From Escherichia phage vB-Eco-KMB43: a DNA stretch of 64,000 bases. The stretch lies in sequence record OR525698.1; one strand, given 5' to 3'. The translations under genes and the position numbers were made by a program. A model generated the notes under the pieces. That model saw nothing but the letters and a program-made list of their open reading frames with translations, was not told where the DNA came from and made no database searches. Positions 33,699 through 44,792 of the stretch are shown here, piece by piece (the first letter of the stretch is position 1; the number at the start of each line of letters is the position of its first letter).

Positions 33699-35498
33699 AT
33701 GCTAATGTTTAATAACTCCGTTAAATGGTTTACCGGAATTGTAGAAAACAGGGAAGACCCATTAATGCTGGGGCGTGTTCAGGTTAGGATTCATGGTATA
33801 CATCCCTCGCTATCCGCACACGGTGACATTCAAGGTCTCCCAACCGAAGATCTATTATGGATTACGCCAGTACAAGATATTACAAGCGCGGCGATCTCCG
33901 GTATAGGTCAAAGCCCTACTGGTATTGTTGAAGGTTCAATGGTATTTGGTTTGGCTTTAGATGAACGTTATTTAAACTGCGTTATTCTGGGTACTATTGC
34001 CGGACAATATACAGAGAAACCACTCACTACAGAAGGTTTTTGCGACCCTTCTGGTGCATATCCTCGTTATATTGGTAATGATGTTAATATTCTTGCTCGT
34101 GGCGGTATTAACCCAGAAACCGGACAAACAACAAAACCTGATAGTGTCTATATTCGAGATGAAAACACTGGAGTTGCAGTAAATCCAGACGACGAGCCAT
34201 TAGACCAAATTCCGGTTGATGATAATCCTGATTTTACAATAGAAAAAATGCTGCGGGGCGATGAGGGATATCGCGAGAAATGGTATCTTGATTCAGAAGG
34301 ATATCCGACAATAGGCATCGGGCATTTGATCATTTATAAGAAAACCAGTGATCTGGGTATTATCAATAATGAACTTTCTAAGCTGGTAGGGCGTGAAGTT
34401 ACAAACGGAAGACTTACCGCCGAAGAAGTTAGTAAAGTATTTGCCGACGATATAGAAAAGACTCGTCGTGATATGCGCAAACATCCACGAATTGCACCTG
34501 TCTATAATAAATGTAATGCTTCTCGTCGTATGGCATTAGAAAATATGGCGTTTCAAATGGGTGTTGGTGGATTGGGTAAATTTAAGAATAGTCTTGCTGC
34601 GATGTTAGCGGAAGAATGGAAACAAGCCTATGATGGATTACGTCAATCTGTATGGGCTAACCAAACTCCAGGACGATCCAGCCGTGTTTCTAAAATTATT
34701 TTAACTGGTAACTTAGAATCATATGGCGTAATTGCTCCAAAGAAAGATGAATCTGTTTCTGATGATCCGCGAGCACGTTTGAGAAATGCCCGTATTGCTG
34801 CCTATAAGACGCAGAGAGCAGAAGAAGACCCAGAAGCACCGTTTACCCCACAAGACACACGAATCATGTTTAAAGAGCCTAAGAGTTCGTATTCTGCGAG
34901 GTATCCTTATAACCATGTGTACGAGTCAGAGAGCGGTCATATTATCGAGATTGATGATACTCCTTCTCACGAACGTTATCACCGCAAACATCCTTCTGGT
35001 ACATTTGAAGAAACCAGACCGGACGGAACGAGGGTAGAAAAGATTGAGGGTGATGATTATCTGATCGTTAAGCAAGGCCGGAAAGTCAACGTTAAGGGTA
35101 ATTTGCAAGTTGTTGTTGAAGGTGACGCGCAAGTTTATTATATGGGTAATGTAATGCAAACCGTTGATGGTAACGTCACTGAATTTATTCGTGGCAATGT
35201 TAATCAGACCGTTGAAGGTACTGCTAACATGCATGTTGTAGGTGATGTTACCGCTCAGCTTGACGCTAATTTAACGGCTAATGTCAAGGGTAATGCTGAA
35301 TTAATGATCGAGGGTAACACTACCGAAACAATTAAAGGTAACTATGATTTAACCGTTGAGGGTAATTTTAATATGACCGTCAATGGCACTAAATCAGATC
35401 AGGTTAATGGTGACTGGTCCCGTAATTGTGGTGCAAGCGTTAAAGATATTGCATCTGGTACAGTTAAAATTGATGGTAGCCGTATTGATCTTGGGTGA
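33699..35498 (+). CDS. 5: baseplate hub / cell-puncturing protein with lysozyme domain and C-terminal beta-helix
   Basis: Lysozyme motif DSEGYPTIGIGHL; C-terminal VxGxxxxx repeats (VEGDAQV, VDGNVTE, VEGTANM, IEGNTTE). Confidence 0.92.
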   Translation: MLMFNNSVKWFTGIVENREDPLMLGRVQVRIHGIHPSLSAHGDIQGLPTEDLLWITPVQDITSAAISGIGQSPTGIVEGSMVFGLALDERYLNCVILGTIAGQYTEKPLTTEGFCDPSGAYPRYIGNDVNILARGGINPETGQTTKPDSVYIRDENTGVAVNPDDEPLDQIPVDDNPDFTIEKMLRGDEGYREKWYLDSEGYPTIGIGHLIIYKKTSDLGIINNELSKLVGREVTNGRLTAEEVSKVFADDIEKTRRDMRKHPRIAPVYNKCNASRRMALENMAFQMGVGGLGKFKNSLAAMLAEEWKQAYDGLRQSVWANQTPGRSSRVSKIILTGNLESYGVIAPKKDESVSDDPRARLRNARIAAYKTQRAEEDPEAPFTPQDTRIMFKEPKSSYSARYPYNHVYESESGHIIEIDDTPSHERYHRKHPSGTFEETRPDGTRVEKIEGDDYLIVKQGRKVNVKGNLQVVVEGDAQVYYMGNVMQTVDGNVTEFIRGNVNQTVEGTANMHVVGDVTAQLDANLTANVKGNAELMIEGNTTETIKGNYDLTVEGNFNMTVNGTKSDQVNGDWSRNCGASVKDIASGTVKIDGSRIDLG

Positions 35499-35506
35499 GG
35501 TAACTA

Positions 35507-36073
35507 ATGGTTGAAATTCTTCCGATGAGTTCAAAATTGGAGGATATCAGCGAGCGAGAAATCTTTGAGGTGGTGTTCTCTTATAAAGCAACGCCACCGG
35601 ATGCAAATACCACATACACGATTAAAGAGTTTAAGATCAGCGAGTATCGCCCTAATAAGGGCGTTACCGTTGAAGAAACTAAAATATCTGGTGAGTATCG
35701 GGATAGTTTTTCGCTTGGCGCGGATTCTCTTAAATATATAACGAAAGATAGAATTAAAAAATCTGCCGGAAGTTTTGATGATTTACCAGATCCAACTACC
35801 GCAGATCTATATTATTTTAACGCTCCTACACGTCTACAGGAGGTTTATACTTATAAAGTAACCCTAACCTATATCCAATCTGTTTCAGAGTCTTCTGGTG
35901 GTTCTGATGAAGGAAATAGTGGTGGTTCCAATAGCCGAGAGGGTGCTGGTGAAACTAATCCGCCTCCGGTAGTAACCGAGCACACAATAGAGAAAGTTTA
36001 TACTCAAACCGTTTTTGGAAATTGGGATGTGTGGGCGCAGCAACTAAGAGATTATGTACATAGGGGTGTTTAA
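35507..36073 (+). CDS. hypothetical protein in gene 5.1 position
   Basis: ORF track; between gene 5 and the PAAR gene. Confidence 0.55.
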   Translation: MVEILPMSSKLEDISEREIFEVVFSYKATPPDANTTYTIKEFKISEYRPNKGVTVEETKISGEYRDSFSLGADSLKYITKDRIKKSAGSFDDLPDPTTADLYYFNAPTRLQEVYTYKVTLTYIQSVSESSGGSDEGNSGGSNSREGAGETNPPPVVTEHTIEKVYTQTVFGNWDVWAQQLRDYVHRGV

Positions 36074-36366
36074 TGGCTGGATTATCCTACGATAAAGCTA
36101 AAACTACAGGGCACGGAAACTACCCACCTACGGTAATTAATGCAACTCAATCTAAGGTATTTGTTGAGGGTATCCCTGTATTAGTCGAAGGAGACCCAAT
36201 TACACCACATACAAAAACAACAAAGCCTTATGATACACACGGGGGAACTACGGTCGCCAGTACCCCGAAAGTATTTGTTACCGGAAAGAAAGCAATTCAA
36301 ATGGCAGATCGTATTAGCTGTGGCGATACCGTCGCTATGGCATCACCGAAGGTATTCATAAAATGA
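36073..36366 (+). CDS. 5.4: PAAR-repeat spike tip protein
   Basis: 97 aa; position and size as T4 gp5.4; overlapping stop/start. Confidence 0.75.
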   Translation: MAGLSYDKAKTTGHGNYPPTVINATQSKVFVEGIPVLVEGDPITPHTKTTKPYDTHGGTTVASTPKVFVTGKKAIQMADRISCGDTVAMASPKVFIK

Positions 36367-38267
36367 CAAAGCAAAAGATTACACAAATTCCTGATATTTT
36401 TAATGCTGCTACATTCGATGAAATTAAAAGCGCATTAACAGACTGGATGAGAAACCAGGAAGAATTTAAAGATTTTGATTTTAATGGTGCTGGTATTAAC
36501 GTATTGATGGACTTGCTCGCATATAATACCCTTTATATTCAGCAATTCGCCAACGCCGCGCTATATGAATCTTTTATCAGAACGGCAATTAAGCGTAGTT
36601 CAGTTGTTCAAGCCGCGCAAGATTTAGGATATTTGCCAGCAAGTAAAACTAGTGCATCGACTACAATTATGTTGCACGTATCCCATCCGCGAAATCCGGC
36701 AAGTATTCGAATCCCACGAGGAACTAAATTTATTGCAAGTGTGGATCGCCAGACGTCTTACCCGTTTGTGACTACAGAAGACGTTGTGAGCGTTTTAGGT
36801 TCAAATGGTTTATATACGCCCATGCTTAAAGTCGCACAAGGTCGTATTGTTCGTACAGAAATGTTATTTGATCCGAAGAAACAAATTCTGATCCGTGATC
36901 CTGATATTGACCGCGCTCAGGTTAAGTTGTGGGTAGACGGTGCTGAATGGAAAGACTGGACGCGAGAAAGCATTGTTAATGCAACTGGCGCTAGTAATAT
37001 TTTCTATATGCGTGAAACCGTAGACGGACATACTGAAATTTTCTTTGGTGAGGGCGAATCAACTTTATCTGCTGCTGGTGGGGCGCTGGAAGCAAATTAT
37101 ATTGGTGGACTTAAGCCGTCAACTGGTGCTAATATTGTTATCGAATATATCAGCACTAAGGGCGCGGAAGCAAACGGTTCAGTTAATTTCACATACGCGG
37201 ATACCCTTGCATCTATCTCTATTGTTAAAATTATTGAGAATCCGACAAATGATCGTGATTATGTCGGTGCAGATGGTGGTGGTGATCCTGAATCAATCGA
37301 ACGTATCCGTGAACTTGCTCCGGTAATGCGTGAATCTCAGCGTCGTTGTGTAACTGCTTCCGACTACGAGGCTTTTGTATCTAGCCGTTTTGGTAGTATT
37401 GTTCAGGCGGTACAATGTTTCACCGACCGAGAAAAACCAGGTTATGCTTTTGTTGCTGTTAAGCCTAAATCTGGCTTGCGCTTGACAACTGTTCAAAAAG
37501 AAGATATGCGGGATTATCTGGCAAAATATAACCTTGCCCCTATCACGCCGAGCATCATTGACCCTAACTATCTGTATATTAAACAGAATATTAAAGTTTC
37601 CTATTCAATCAATGACTTGTCAGAATCAGAGCAGTGGTTGCGAGGTGCGGTTATTGATCAGATTGATGCATATTATACCGACGAAGTGGAAATTTTTAAC
37701 CAGACATTTAGTAAGTCTAAAATGCTTGCTCGTATTGACAAAGCTGATGTATCTGTGATAGGTTCTAGTGCAGAAATCGAGATGGTGCGAGAGATCGACA
37801 ACTTCTATAAAGCACCGATGGCGGGAATCAAGTTTTTAAACCAGTATAAGAGCGGAATCAAGTCTAGTTCATTCAACTTCGAAAAGGACGACAAGCAATA
37901 TCCGATCCATTATGTAAGTACAGAAATGAACAAAGAATCCGGTTTAGCTAAATTGTTGGTTGGACCTTTCCCTGTTGATTCTACAATCGCTTTACCGCAC
38001 TATTCCGGCACTGATTTTGATAAAGAGGTTATTGACGGGGCGGACCTATACTTTGAGGTTGGAGAGGTTCAGCATTATGACGACCTTATTTCATGGGATC
38101 TGGGTAAACTGAATATCAATAGCGATCGCTTTACTGGTTCATATATTGAGTTGACAGCTAAACCGATTGCTGATAACATCTTTACTAAAGACGGTTCTTT
38201 GATCGTGTTTGAAAACGATCTCCGTCCTCAGTACACAACTATTAGTCTGGAGGCAATTGCTCAATGA
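36363..38267 (+). CDS. 6: baseplate wedge protein
   Basis: Size and synteny (5.4-6-7-8). Confidence 0.85.
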   Translation: MTKQKITQIPDIFNAATFDEIKSALTDWMRNQEEFKDFDFNGAGINVLMDLLAYNTLYIQQFANAALYESFIRTAIKRSSVVQAAQDLGYLPASKTSASTTIMLHVSHPRNPASIRIPRGTKFIASVDRQTSYPFVTTEDVVSVLGSNGLYTPMLKVAQGRIVRTEMLFDPKKQILIRDPDIDRAQVKLWVDGAEWKDWTRESIVNATGASNIFYMRETVDGHTEIFFGEGESTLSAAGGALEANYIGGLKPSTGANIVIEYISTKGAEANGSVNFTYADTLASISIVKIIENPTNDRDYVGADGGGDPESIERIRELAPVMRESQRRCVTASDYEAFVSSRFGSIVQAVQCFTDREKPGYAFVAVKPKSGLRLTTVQKEDMRDYLAKYNLAPITPSIIDPNYLYIKQNIKVSYSINDLSESEQWLRGAVIDQIDAYYTDEVEIFNQTFSKSKMLARIDKADVSVIGSSAEIEMVREIDNFYKAPMAGIKFLNQYKSGIKSSSFNFEKDDKQYPIHYVSTEMNKESGLAKLLVGPFPVDSTIALPHYSGTDFDKEVIDGADLYFEVGEVQHYDDLISWDLGKLNINSDRFTGSYIELTAKPIADNIFTKDGSLIVFENDLRPQYTTISLEAIAQ

Positions 38268-41200
38268 TTAAAGCGCCTAGTGTAACTAGCTTGACAATAG
38301 AAAAATTGTCTGCTAATCAGGCGTATATCACATGGGATGACGTAGGCGAAAACTTCTTTTATTTTGTGGAGTTAGCCGAAACCAGAACACGAGACGGGGA
38401 GATCATCCCCGTCGATGAGTTAAGCTGGGTAAACCTGGGATATACTGCCGACCAAAACTGGTTTGAGGATAAAAACCTTTTTCCAGAATATTATTACAAA
38501 TTTCGTGTAGCAGTAGCCGCAGAAGGATTTGAACAAAGTAAATGGATTGAAACCGAAGAGTTTCAGACATTTAAAACAAACGCATATAATTTTTCTATGA
38601 TGCGAGAGTTCAACCTTGCAAACGAGTTTATAAAGGAAAAATTTACATACGATAATCGAGAGTATGTCAAGTTTAATACCGACCTTATTCAAGCATCATT
38701 GATGAAGGAAGATTTTGTCTTTAGTCCTGAATATGCAAACATGACAAATATCTCAAACTACATTGTAGTTGATGAGAACTTTCATGAAATACAGGATCAC
38801 ATAGAAAAAGTTTGTATTGATATAAACCGCACTATGTTAGCGGAAATGAACGGTGTTTTGTACCTTTTCGAACGGTTCCAGCCGATTGTGAAAGTGTCAA
38901 ATGATAAAGGTCAATCATGGAAAGCATACAAGGCTTTTAATGACCGTGTAGGAAATCCGGTTTCCCGCACATGCGTTTATCAGTCTAAAACCACTACTTA
39001 CGTTTTAGGATATGACCGAATCTTTTACGGACGACAAGCTAGCGATACTCGATGGAGCGCGGACGATGTTCGATTTAGTGATGATACGATCACTTTTGCA
39101 AAGGTTGGTGACGAGAACGATTTAGGCTTTGACGTTGAGGTCTTTGGTGTATTTTCCAGATTAACAGGGGACACCACAAAATACGCCGAAGCTATGGCGT
39201 GCAGTGATGACTATTTGTGGGTTGGTGCTAAAGATGTTATTCGCCGGATTCGTCTTAAGAATACTCCAGTTGATACCGTACAGGGTTCGCCTACGTTTGG
39301 AGAAAAAATATTCGATCCTGATGTTATCCGAGTAACAGGAAATGATAAAGCTGTCATTCAGAAAATGGATGTGATCGACGGTAAATTGCTTGTATTTGTT
39401 ACTGGTGAAGTTAAACAGCGTTATCAAGATCCAACCAAACCAGAAAACGTTGTTCCGTCAGATGATGCGGGTGTATACTTAATAGGGAGTGATGGTCTGT
39501 CTTTTCAGAGAGTATTTGGCAACACTCCGCAGGAAAGGGAATATATTCAGCATGGGTTCAGTAATATGTCAACCAATGGTGATGAGGTGTTCATAAGCCA
39601 TTATAATCATCACTTCGAAAGCATTTTACCTGATCCAGAAACTGCCGAGAAATATGAATTGGGCGAAGCTGTAAAATATTCTCAGGAGCCAACTTATCTA
39701 ACTGATAAGAAAATACATCAAACGACTTTCAGAGCAAGTTATGATGATTTGCGTATTTGGGAATTAGGACCGCAAGCGTATTATAATGAGGCTGATTATA
39801 CATGGATGCGTCGAAACGGTGTTCGTGTATGGATCACAAATGATAATCGCCCGTTGGTTGTTTATCCAGAGGTTATCTATACTCAAGAAGTTGATACTTC
39901 CGGCATTCTTGATAAAAACAGAATTAACCGTGAAGTTTATGATAAAGGGACCGTGACCTGTTATCTTAACAATGTTAAATTTGAAGGATTTAAACAATAT
40001 GCATCCGGTGTAATGTTCCATAAAAACACGGGAGAGATCATAGGATTCTATCAATTTAACTATCGCGTTCGTGATCAGGTTGGTGTATATTGGAAACCTA
40101 CAAATGTAGCATTTGTTGCTGAATTGCAAAATCAGGTTCGAGAGGTTCCCTGGGTTCCGGTTCACTACGATCGAGAACAAGACCCAGATTTGCGACCTTT
40201 ACTGAATAAGATGACACCTGATAGCTTTTTACTTGAGAACGAAAATTTCAGAAAATTCTCTGAATATTATCTGCAATTCTTAAGTGATGGTTCAGGAACA
40301 TATTATAATAAACTAAAAAATCTGATTAAAAACAAATATCCACGCGAGCAAGATGCATATGAGTATCTTTGGTCAGAGATGAACAAACGAAACATCTATG
40401 CAGATAAAAACAAGCGAGATGCGGTCGTAAGATTCTTTGAATCCCGCAAATCAGATTTTTATTCCACTAAGGGCGTGGAGGCTTCTTATAAGTTCTTGTT
40501 TAAGTTACTTTATAATGAAGATGTGGAAATTGAGGTTGAATCACAAGCCGGACTAGAGTATGATATTGTTGTTAGTTCAACGAACATTGACGAGGATATC
40601 GTAGGTCGCACGATTTATACCACGACCGGACGGGCTAACGTGACTTATCTTGAAAGGGAATATGAAGGTGGACGTCTACGCTGGCGAGTAACCATTCATA
40701 ACCTGATCGGGCGGTTCGAAGAAGGTCAAGTGATCAAATCAGAGAAAACAGCGTTTGAAGGGATGATCCTTGTTGGTGTACGTGGTAAAGAGTTGCTGAG
40801 TAGTTCAATCGACTATATCAACCGATCACGAAGCCAATACACCATGAAGATTAAAAGTGCATTGCCAGTTTCGCGCTATGCAAATGATGTAATGCGATTC
40901 GTTCATCCTGTCGGCTTTGGGTTTATCGGTGTTACCCTGCTTACGATGTTCATTAACAGCGGGTTGAGCATGAAGCACACCGAGACTATAATTCAATCTC
41001 TGAAAAATTATAAGTTTGACAGCGGATTGCCTAGCGTGTATCCTGATCGGGTGGCAGACCTTGATGTTGATGGAAATATTAAGATTGACCCACTAACAGG
41101 GAAACCATTATACTTAACGTCACCGACAATTGGCGAAGAGTTCCCTGTTCCTCCTGAATATGATCAGGAGAACAGCGAATTGTTCCACGGACTTAAAGCA

Positions 41201-41350
41201 AGCGAACGAAGATTTGCAATGAGTCCACTGTTTGACCAGTCGGCGGTAACATTCTCTATGTTCCGTGAACTTGTAGATAAAAGGTTGAAGGATAATATAG
41301 GGAATCCACGCGATCCGAAGAATCCGACACAGAGGAAAATTAATGGCTAA
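38264..41350 (+). CDS. 7: baseplate wedge protein
   Basis: 1028 aa ORF in gene 7 position. Confidence 0.85.
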   Translation: MIKAPSVTSLTIEKLSANQAYITWDDVGENFFYFVELAETRTRDGEIIPVDELSWVNLGYTADQNWFEDKNLFPEYYYKFRVAVAAEGFEQSKWIETEEFQTFKTNAYNFSMMREFNLANEFIKEKFTYDNREYVKFNTDLIQASLMKEDFVFSPEYANMTNISNYIVVDENFHEIQDHIEKVCIDINRTMLAEMNGVLYLFERFQPIVKVSNDKGQSWKAYKAFNDRVGNPVSRTCVYQSKTTTYVLGYDRIFYGRQASDTRWSADDVRFSDDTITFAKVGDENDLGFDVEVFGVFSRLTGDTTKYAEAMACSDDYLWVGAKDVIRRIRLKNTPVDTVQGSPTFGEKIFDPDVIRVTGNDKAVIQKMDVIDGKLLVFVTGEVKQRYQDPTKPENVVPSDDAGVYLIGSDGLSFQRVFGNTPQEREYIQHGFSNMSTNGDEVFISHYNHHFESILPDPETAEKYELGEAVKYSQEPTYLTDKKIHQTTFRASYDDLRIWELGPQAYYNEADYTWMRRNGVRVWITNDNRPLVVYPEVIYTQEVDTSGILDKNRINREVYDKGTVTCYLNNVKFEGFKQYASGVMFHKNTGEIIGFYQFNYRVRDQVGVYWKPTNVAFVAELQNQVREVPWVPVHYDREQDPDLRPLLNKMTPDSFLLENENFRKFSEYYLQFLSDGSGTYYNKLKNLIKNKYPREQDAYEYLWSEMNKRNIYADKNKRDAVVRFFESRKSDFYSTKGVEASYKFLFKLLYNEDVEIEVESQAGLEYDIVVSSTNIDEDIVGRTIYTTTGRANVTYLEREYEGGRLRWRVTIHNLIGRFEEGQVIKSEKTAFEGMILVGVRGKELLSSSIDYINRSRSQYTMKIKSALPVSRYANDVMRFVHPVGFGFIGVTLLTMFINSGLSMKHTETIIQSLKNYKFDSGLPSVYPDRVADLDVDGNIKIDPLTGKPLYLTSPTIGEEFPVPPEYDQENSELFHGLKASERRFAMSPLFDQSAVTFSMFRELVDKRLKDNIGNPRDPKNPTQRKING

Positions 41351-42338
41351 TGAAAATAGTGTGATCTATCGCTCAATCATTACTAGCAAATTCAGAACAG
41401 AAAAACTTCTGAACTTCTATAATTCTGTAGGCGATGGAGCAAATCAAATTACAATTTATGGAACGTTTGGACGTTCGGAGCCGTGGTCAGAAAACGAAAA
41501 AGAGGTGGGCTTTGCCCCACCTTATCCGACCGATTCAACGGCTGGTGTTGTTGACATGTGGACCCATATGATGGGGGCGGTTAAGATTAACAAATCACTT
41601 CTTGATGCGGTTATCCCTCGTAAAGATTGGGGTGATACCGGACAGGATAACCCGCGCACGTTCTTTATCAATGACATTGTTGTCGTAAACTCAGCACCAT
41701 ATAACCGTACAGATGTTGGTAGCGGCTGGATGGTTTACCGTGTAACTGATGTTCCTGATCGCGGTTACTGCTCGATTTCAAGCATTGACGCTAAAGTAGA
41801 GTGTTTGAAGTTGGGCGGAAAGTGGACACCTACCCATGAATCAATTGCGCCACCTGTAGGAAAGGGCGATTCTATTGATATGGGTGATGGGTATCGTTGG
41901 GAATATCTGTACACAATTCCGCCTGATGCGGCGATCAACCGTTGCACCAATGAACATATTGTTGTACCGTTCCCCGATGAACTGCGACAAGATCCGGCGC
42001 GTTGGGGCTATGACAATGTGATCACCTGGTATAATGACTATAATCTGCTTTATCGGCTGAAAGTAGTAACTTTGCGTTTTCAGGCTTATATGGACTCTGC
42101 GCAATTCCCAACTACCGCGTTAGTGGGTAATACTGGTTTCCGTCAGTTAAGCATTATCCTTAACCCATTGGAAAAGAAAGCACGCCCTAGCGATCCAGAC
42201 GTTAAAGCGGTTAAATATAAGTACCGACCGCAAGACTTAGAGCCACACTCAGGAGAAATGATCTACATGGAAAACCGACAACCTATCGTTCGGTCATTAG
42301 ACCAAACAGAACTTGTTTCTGTATTGTTTGAGTTCTAA
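41343..42338 (+). CDS. 8: baseplate wedge protein
   Basis: 331 aa in gene 8 position. Confidence 0.85.
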   Translation: MANENSVIYRSIITSKFRTEKLLNFYNSVGDGANQITIYGTFGRSEPWSENEKEVGFAPPYPTDSTAGVVDMWTHMMGAVKINKSLLDAVIPRKDWGDTGQDNPRTFFINDIVVVNSAPYNRTDVGSGWMVYRVTDVPDRGYCSISSIDAKVECLKLGGKWTPTHESIAPPVGKGDSIDMGDGYRWEYLYTIPPDAAINRCTNEHIVVPFPDELRQDPARWGYDNVITWYNDYNLLYRLKVVTLRFQAYMDSAQFPTTALVGNTGFRQLSIILNPLEKKARPSDPDVKAVKYKYRPQDLEPHSGEMIYMENRQPIVRSLDQTELVSVLFEF

Positions 42339-42351
42339 GTGTATGATTTTA

Positions 42352-42380
42352 AAAGCCAATTCGAGAGAGTTGGCTTTTTC
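42352..42380 (+). terminator. rho-independent terminator after gene 8
   Basis: AAAGCCAA-ttcgagagag-TTGGCTTT hairpin followed by TTTTCC. Confidence 0.7.
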
Positions 42381-42391
42381 CATTTTTGGTG

Positions 42392-42419
42392 TTGACAATA
42401 TTATTTGGTAAGGTATAAT
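42392..42419 (+). promoter_or_regulatory. sigma70-type promoter (TTGACA -16- TATAAT) inside the late structural cluster
   Basis: TTGACA at 42392-42397, TATAAT at 42414-42419; GGAGGA RBS and ATG 30 nt downstream. Confidence 0.7.
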
Positions 42420-42448
42420 GCTCACATCTAAACAACGGAGGATAAATT

Positions 42449-42706
42449 ATGGCACGTCGTAAATTTACAGATAATTGTGAAGCAATTCAGGTATCCCCTT
42501 GCGGTTGGTATGTGATCGCGAACGGTGAAAAGATCGGAGAGATCATCGATCATACTCATTCATCACTAGCCGATTACACCGATGAACTATGGGAGGGTAT
42601 CAACTTCATGAATGACACTAAACGATTCAAGACTATCGACGAAGCTATCTATTTTGTGTATAATCCAACTTTCGGTATGTGGGGAACTAGAAAATGGCAC
42701 GCGTAA
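42449..42706 (+). CDS. hypothetical protein (insert ORF 1)
   Basis: 85 aa; GGAGGA RBS; stop overlaps next start. Confidence 0.6.
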   Translation: MARRKFTDNCEAIQVSPCGWYVIANGEKIGEIIDHTHSSLADYTDELWEGINFMNDTKRFKTIDEAIYFVYNPTFGMWGTRKWHA

Positions 42707-43023
42707 ATATTAAACTGCATTATACAATGGGTAAACCAAAACATCCAATGCATAAAGTGTTTTGGGGCTTGCATCTTCAAGAAAAATGGCATGATAACTA
42801 TTGGTTTTGTGACCATGATAAGAAGTGGCATTCTCAAGATGAAGTTAATGCGATGATGGAACATGGTATAAAATTTAATTACTCTAATTATGACCATAGC
42901 ATTACTTGTATTCGAAAATTGAAACGGTTTATTCGAAAGAATCCGCAATTTAAAAACTTTGTGTTCTTTATGTCTCATGTTTATTTGGGGCATAGCGTTA
43001 CCGTAACAGCAAAGGTTAAATAA
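42694..43023 (+). CDS. hypothetical His/aromatic-rich protein (insert ORF 2)
   Basis: 109 aa; translationally coupled (TAATG) to the next gene. Confidence 0.6.
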   Translation: MARVNIKLHYTMGKPKHPMHKVFWGLHLQEKWHDNYWFCDHDKKWHSQDEVNAMMEHGIKFNYSNYDHSITCIRKLKRFIRKNPQFKNFVFFMSHVYLGHSVTVTAKVK

Positions 43024-43862
43024 TGGCACGACTTTCTAAACAAGAGCAAAAATTACACGATCGGGCGATGGAGCTAATCAATTCAGATCGCCCATTGACC
43101 TATGAAGAAAAAGAATTTTGCTATAACAACTATCATGGCGATGGGCTAGGTGGTTCCGGTGCATTCTTTACCCCAGAAGGGCTTGCCTGGGATTTTACCA
43201 TTGATGCACACTGCACCGGAAAAGTATTGGACCTTTGTGCTGGGATCGGTCGTTTATCTTTTTGTATGTTGCATCGCTGTAAGCCAGAAAAGATCGTATG
43301 CGTCGAACTCAATCCAGAATTTGCGAGGATTGGCAAGCGACTATTACCGGAGGCAGAATGGATCACCAGCGATGTATTCGAATTTGAGTCAAACGAGAAA
43401 TTCGATGTTGTAATTAGCAATCCACCTTTCGGGAAAATCAATACAACCGACACAAAGGATGTATTTGAGTACACTGGCGGCGAATTTGAATTTAAGGTTA
43501 TGACATTAGGCCAGAAGTTTGCCGATGTAGGTTATTTTATTGTTCCTACTGGTTCCGCTGGTTTTGCCTATTCCGGTAGACCTTATTATGATGGATCAGT
43601 GAAGTCTAATAAATATCTAAAATGGAGCAAACAAACTGGTTTGGTGACTTATGCCGGATGTGGGATCGATACATCAATCTATCGCGATGAATGGCACAGT
43701 ACCAACGTTTTAACAGAAGTGGTTGAGGTTCGGTATTACGAGAAAGAAGCCGTAGAAGCGCCTAAATCGCGTCCTAACGAACAAATAGAAGAAAGTAAGG
43801 AGATTACCTTACCGGAACAAGAAACAGCGTCTGGGACGCTCTCAGACTTGTTTGACATTTAA
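43023..43862 (+). CDS. class I SAM-dependent amino-methyltransferase-like protein (NPPF motif)
   Basis: Motif I VLDLCAGIGRLS and motif IV VISNPPFGKI about 55 aa apart (gamma-like order); acidic C-terminal tail. Confidence 0.65.
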   Translation: MARLSKQEQKLHDRAMELINSDRPLTYEEKEFCYNNYHGDGLGGSGAFFTPEGLAWDFTIDAHCTGKVLDLCAGIGRLSFCMLHRCKPEKIVCVELNPEFARIGKRLLPEAEWITSDVFEFESNEKFDVVISNPPFGKINTTDTKDVFEYTGGEFEFKVMTLGQKFADVGYFIVPTGSAGFAYSGRPYYDGSVKSNKYLKWSKQTGLVTYAGCGIDTSIYRDEWHSTNVLTEVVEVRYYEKEAVEAPKSRPNEQIEESKEITLPEQETASGTLSDLFDI

Positions 43863-43865
43863 TTA

Positions 43866-43893
43866 TAAGCCGTCCTCGTGGGCGGCTTTTTTG
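43866..43893 (+). terminator. rho-independent terminator after the methyltransferase-like gene
   Basis: AGCCGTCC-tcgtg-GGCGGCT stem followed by T6. Confidence 0.65.
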
Positions 43894-43902
43894 TATGTAT
43901 TT

Positions 43903-43910
43903 TATAAATA
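43903..43910 (+). promoter_or_regulatory. T4-type late promoter motif TATAAATA upstream of gene 9
   Basis: Exact TATAAATA 28 nt upstream of the start. Confidence 0.65.
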
Positions 43911-43937
43911 ATACATCATAACATGAGGAATTAAACA

Positions 43938-44792
43938 ATGGCACAAGTTCCAAAGAAAAGAATAGACACAGGTACGGTCGGCAATCCATCGACTGGCGAT
44001 ATCTTATATGATGGCGGTAATAAAATTAACGATAACTTTGATTCAATATATGACGCATTTGCTGATCAACGTCTAAAAGAGATTGATCATGGTGCTGGTC
44101 GAATGATTATTCATGCCACGGGATACTATCAGAAACACCCACGACAAAGCTATGCAGGATCGGCGGTAGAGATTGGTAGCTTACATGATATTGACACAAC
44201 TCAAGGCGCATTAATAGCAATTCTTCCTAAAGCTAAAGTTGGTGAGGGTGTTGTGTTCATAAATAGTAACGGTAGCTTTTCGGCAACAACACCACTAAAC
44301 ATTAGAACTCAAGCAGGAGATTCTATTAGCGGGTATTCCGGTGACGCGGTAATAACTCAACCTTTCTCAAAAGTCACCGTCTGGTGTACTGCCGTCGAAG
44401 GTAGTAGAGTTACCTGGCGGCTGGGCATCGAAAGTATGTTTACCGACACAACCACACCACTAGATAGGACAGTTAATGTAACTGGAGTTGCAACCAACGT
44501 TGCTATTGCAGCAAAAACAGAATATGTATCAATTAAACTATTAACAACCGCTAGCAATACGACGGGTTCAAAAATGCGCTCAAGCGAAACTCTATTGATG
44601 ATTGATGCCAGAGCCGGAAAAGTTTACGCGACAGAATATGCGGTTTTACAGAAAACAGAAGACGAATTATACACGGTTCGTTATTTCATTGGTTCCGGCG
44701 ATAAAGTATATGCAGAGTATAAGGCTACTGGCGAAAATATTCGTTTAGCAGTTAAAGCCACAGACACTATTAAAATCGGGGTTGCTACATGA
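43938..44792 (+). CDS. 9: baseplate wedge protein / long tail fiber socket
   Basis: 284 aa in gene 9 position. Confidence 0.8.
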   Translation: MAQVPKKRIDTGTVGNPSTGDILYDGGNKINDNFDSIYDAFADQRLKEIDHGAGRMIIHATGYYQKHPRQSYAGSAVEIGSLHDIDTTQGALIAILPKAKVGEGVVFINSNGSFSATTPLNIRTQAGDSISGYSGDAVITQPFSKVTVWCTAVEGSRVTWRLGIESMFTDTTTPLDRTVNVTGVATNVAIAAKTEYVSIKLLTTASNTTGSKMRSSETLLMIDARAGKVYATEYAVLQKTEDELYTVRYFIGSGDKVYAEYKATGENIRLAVKATDTIKIGVAT

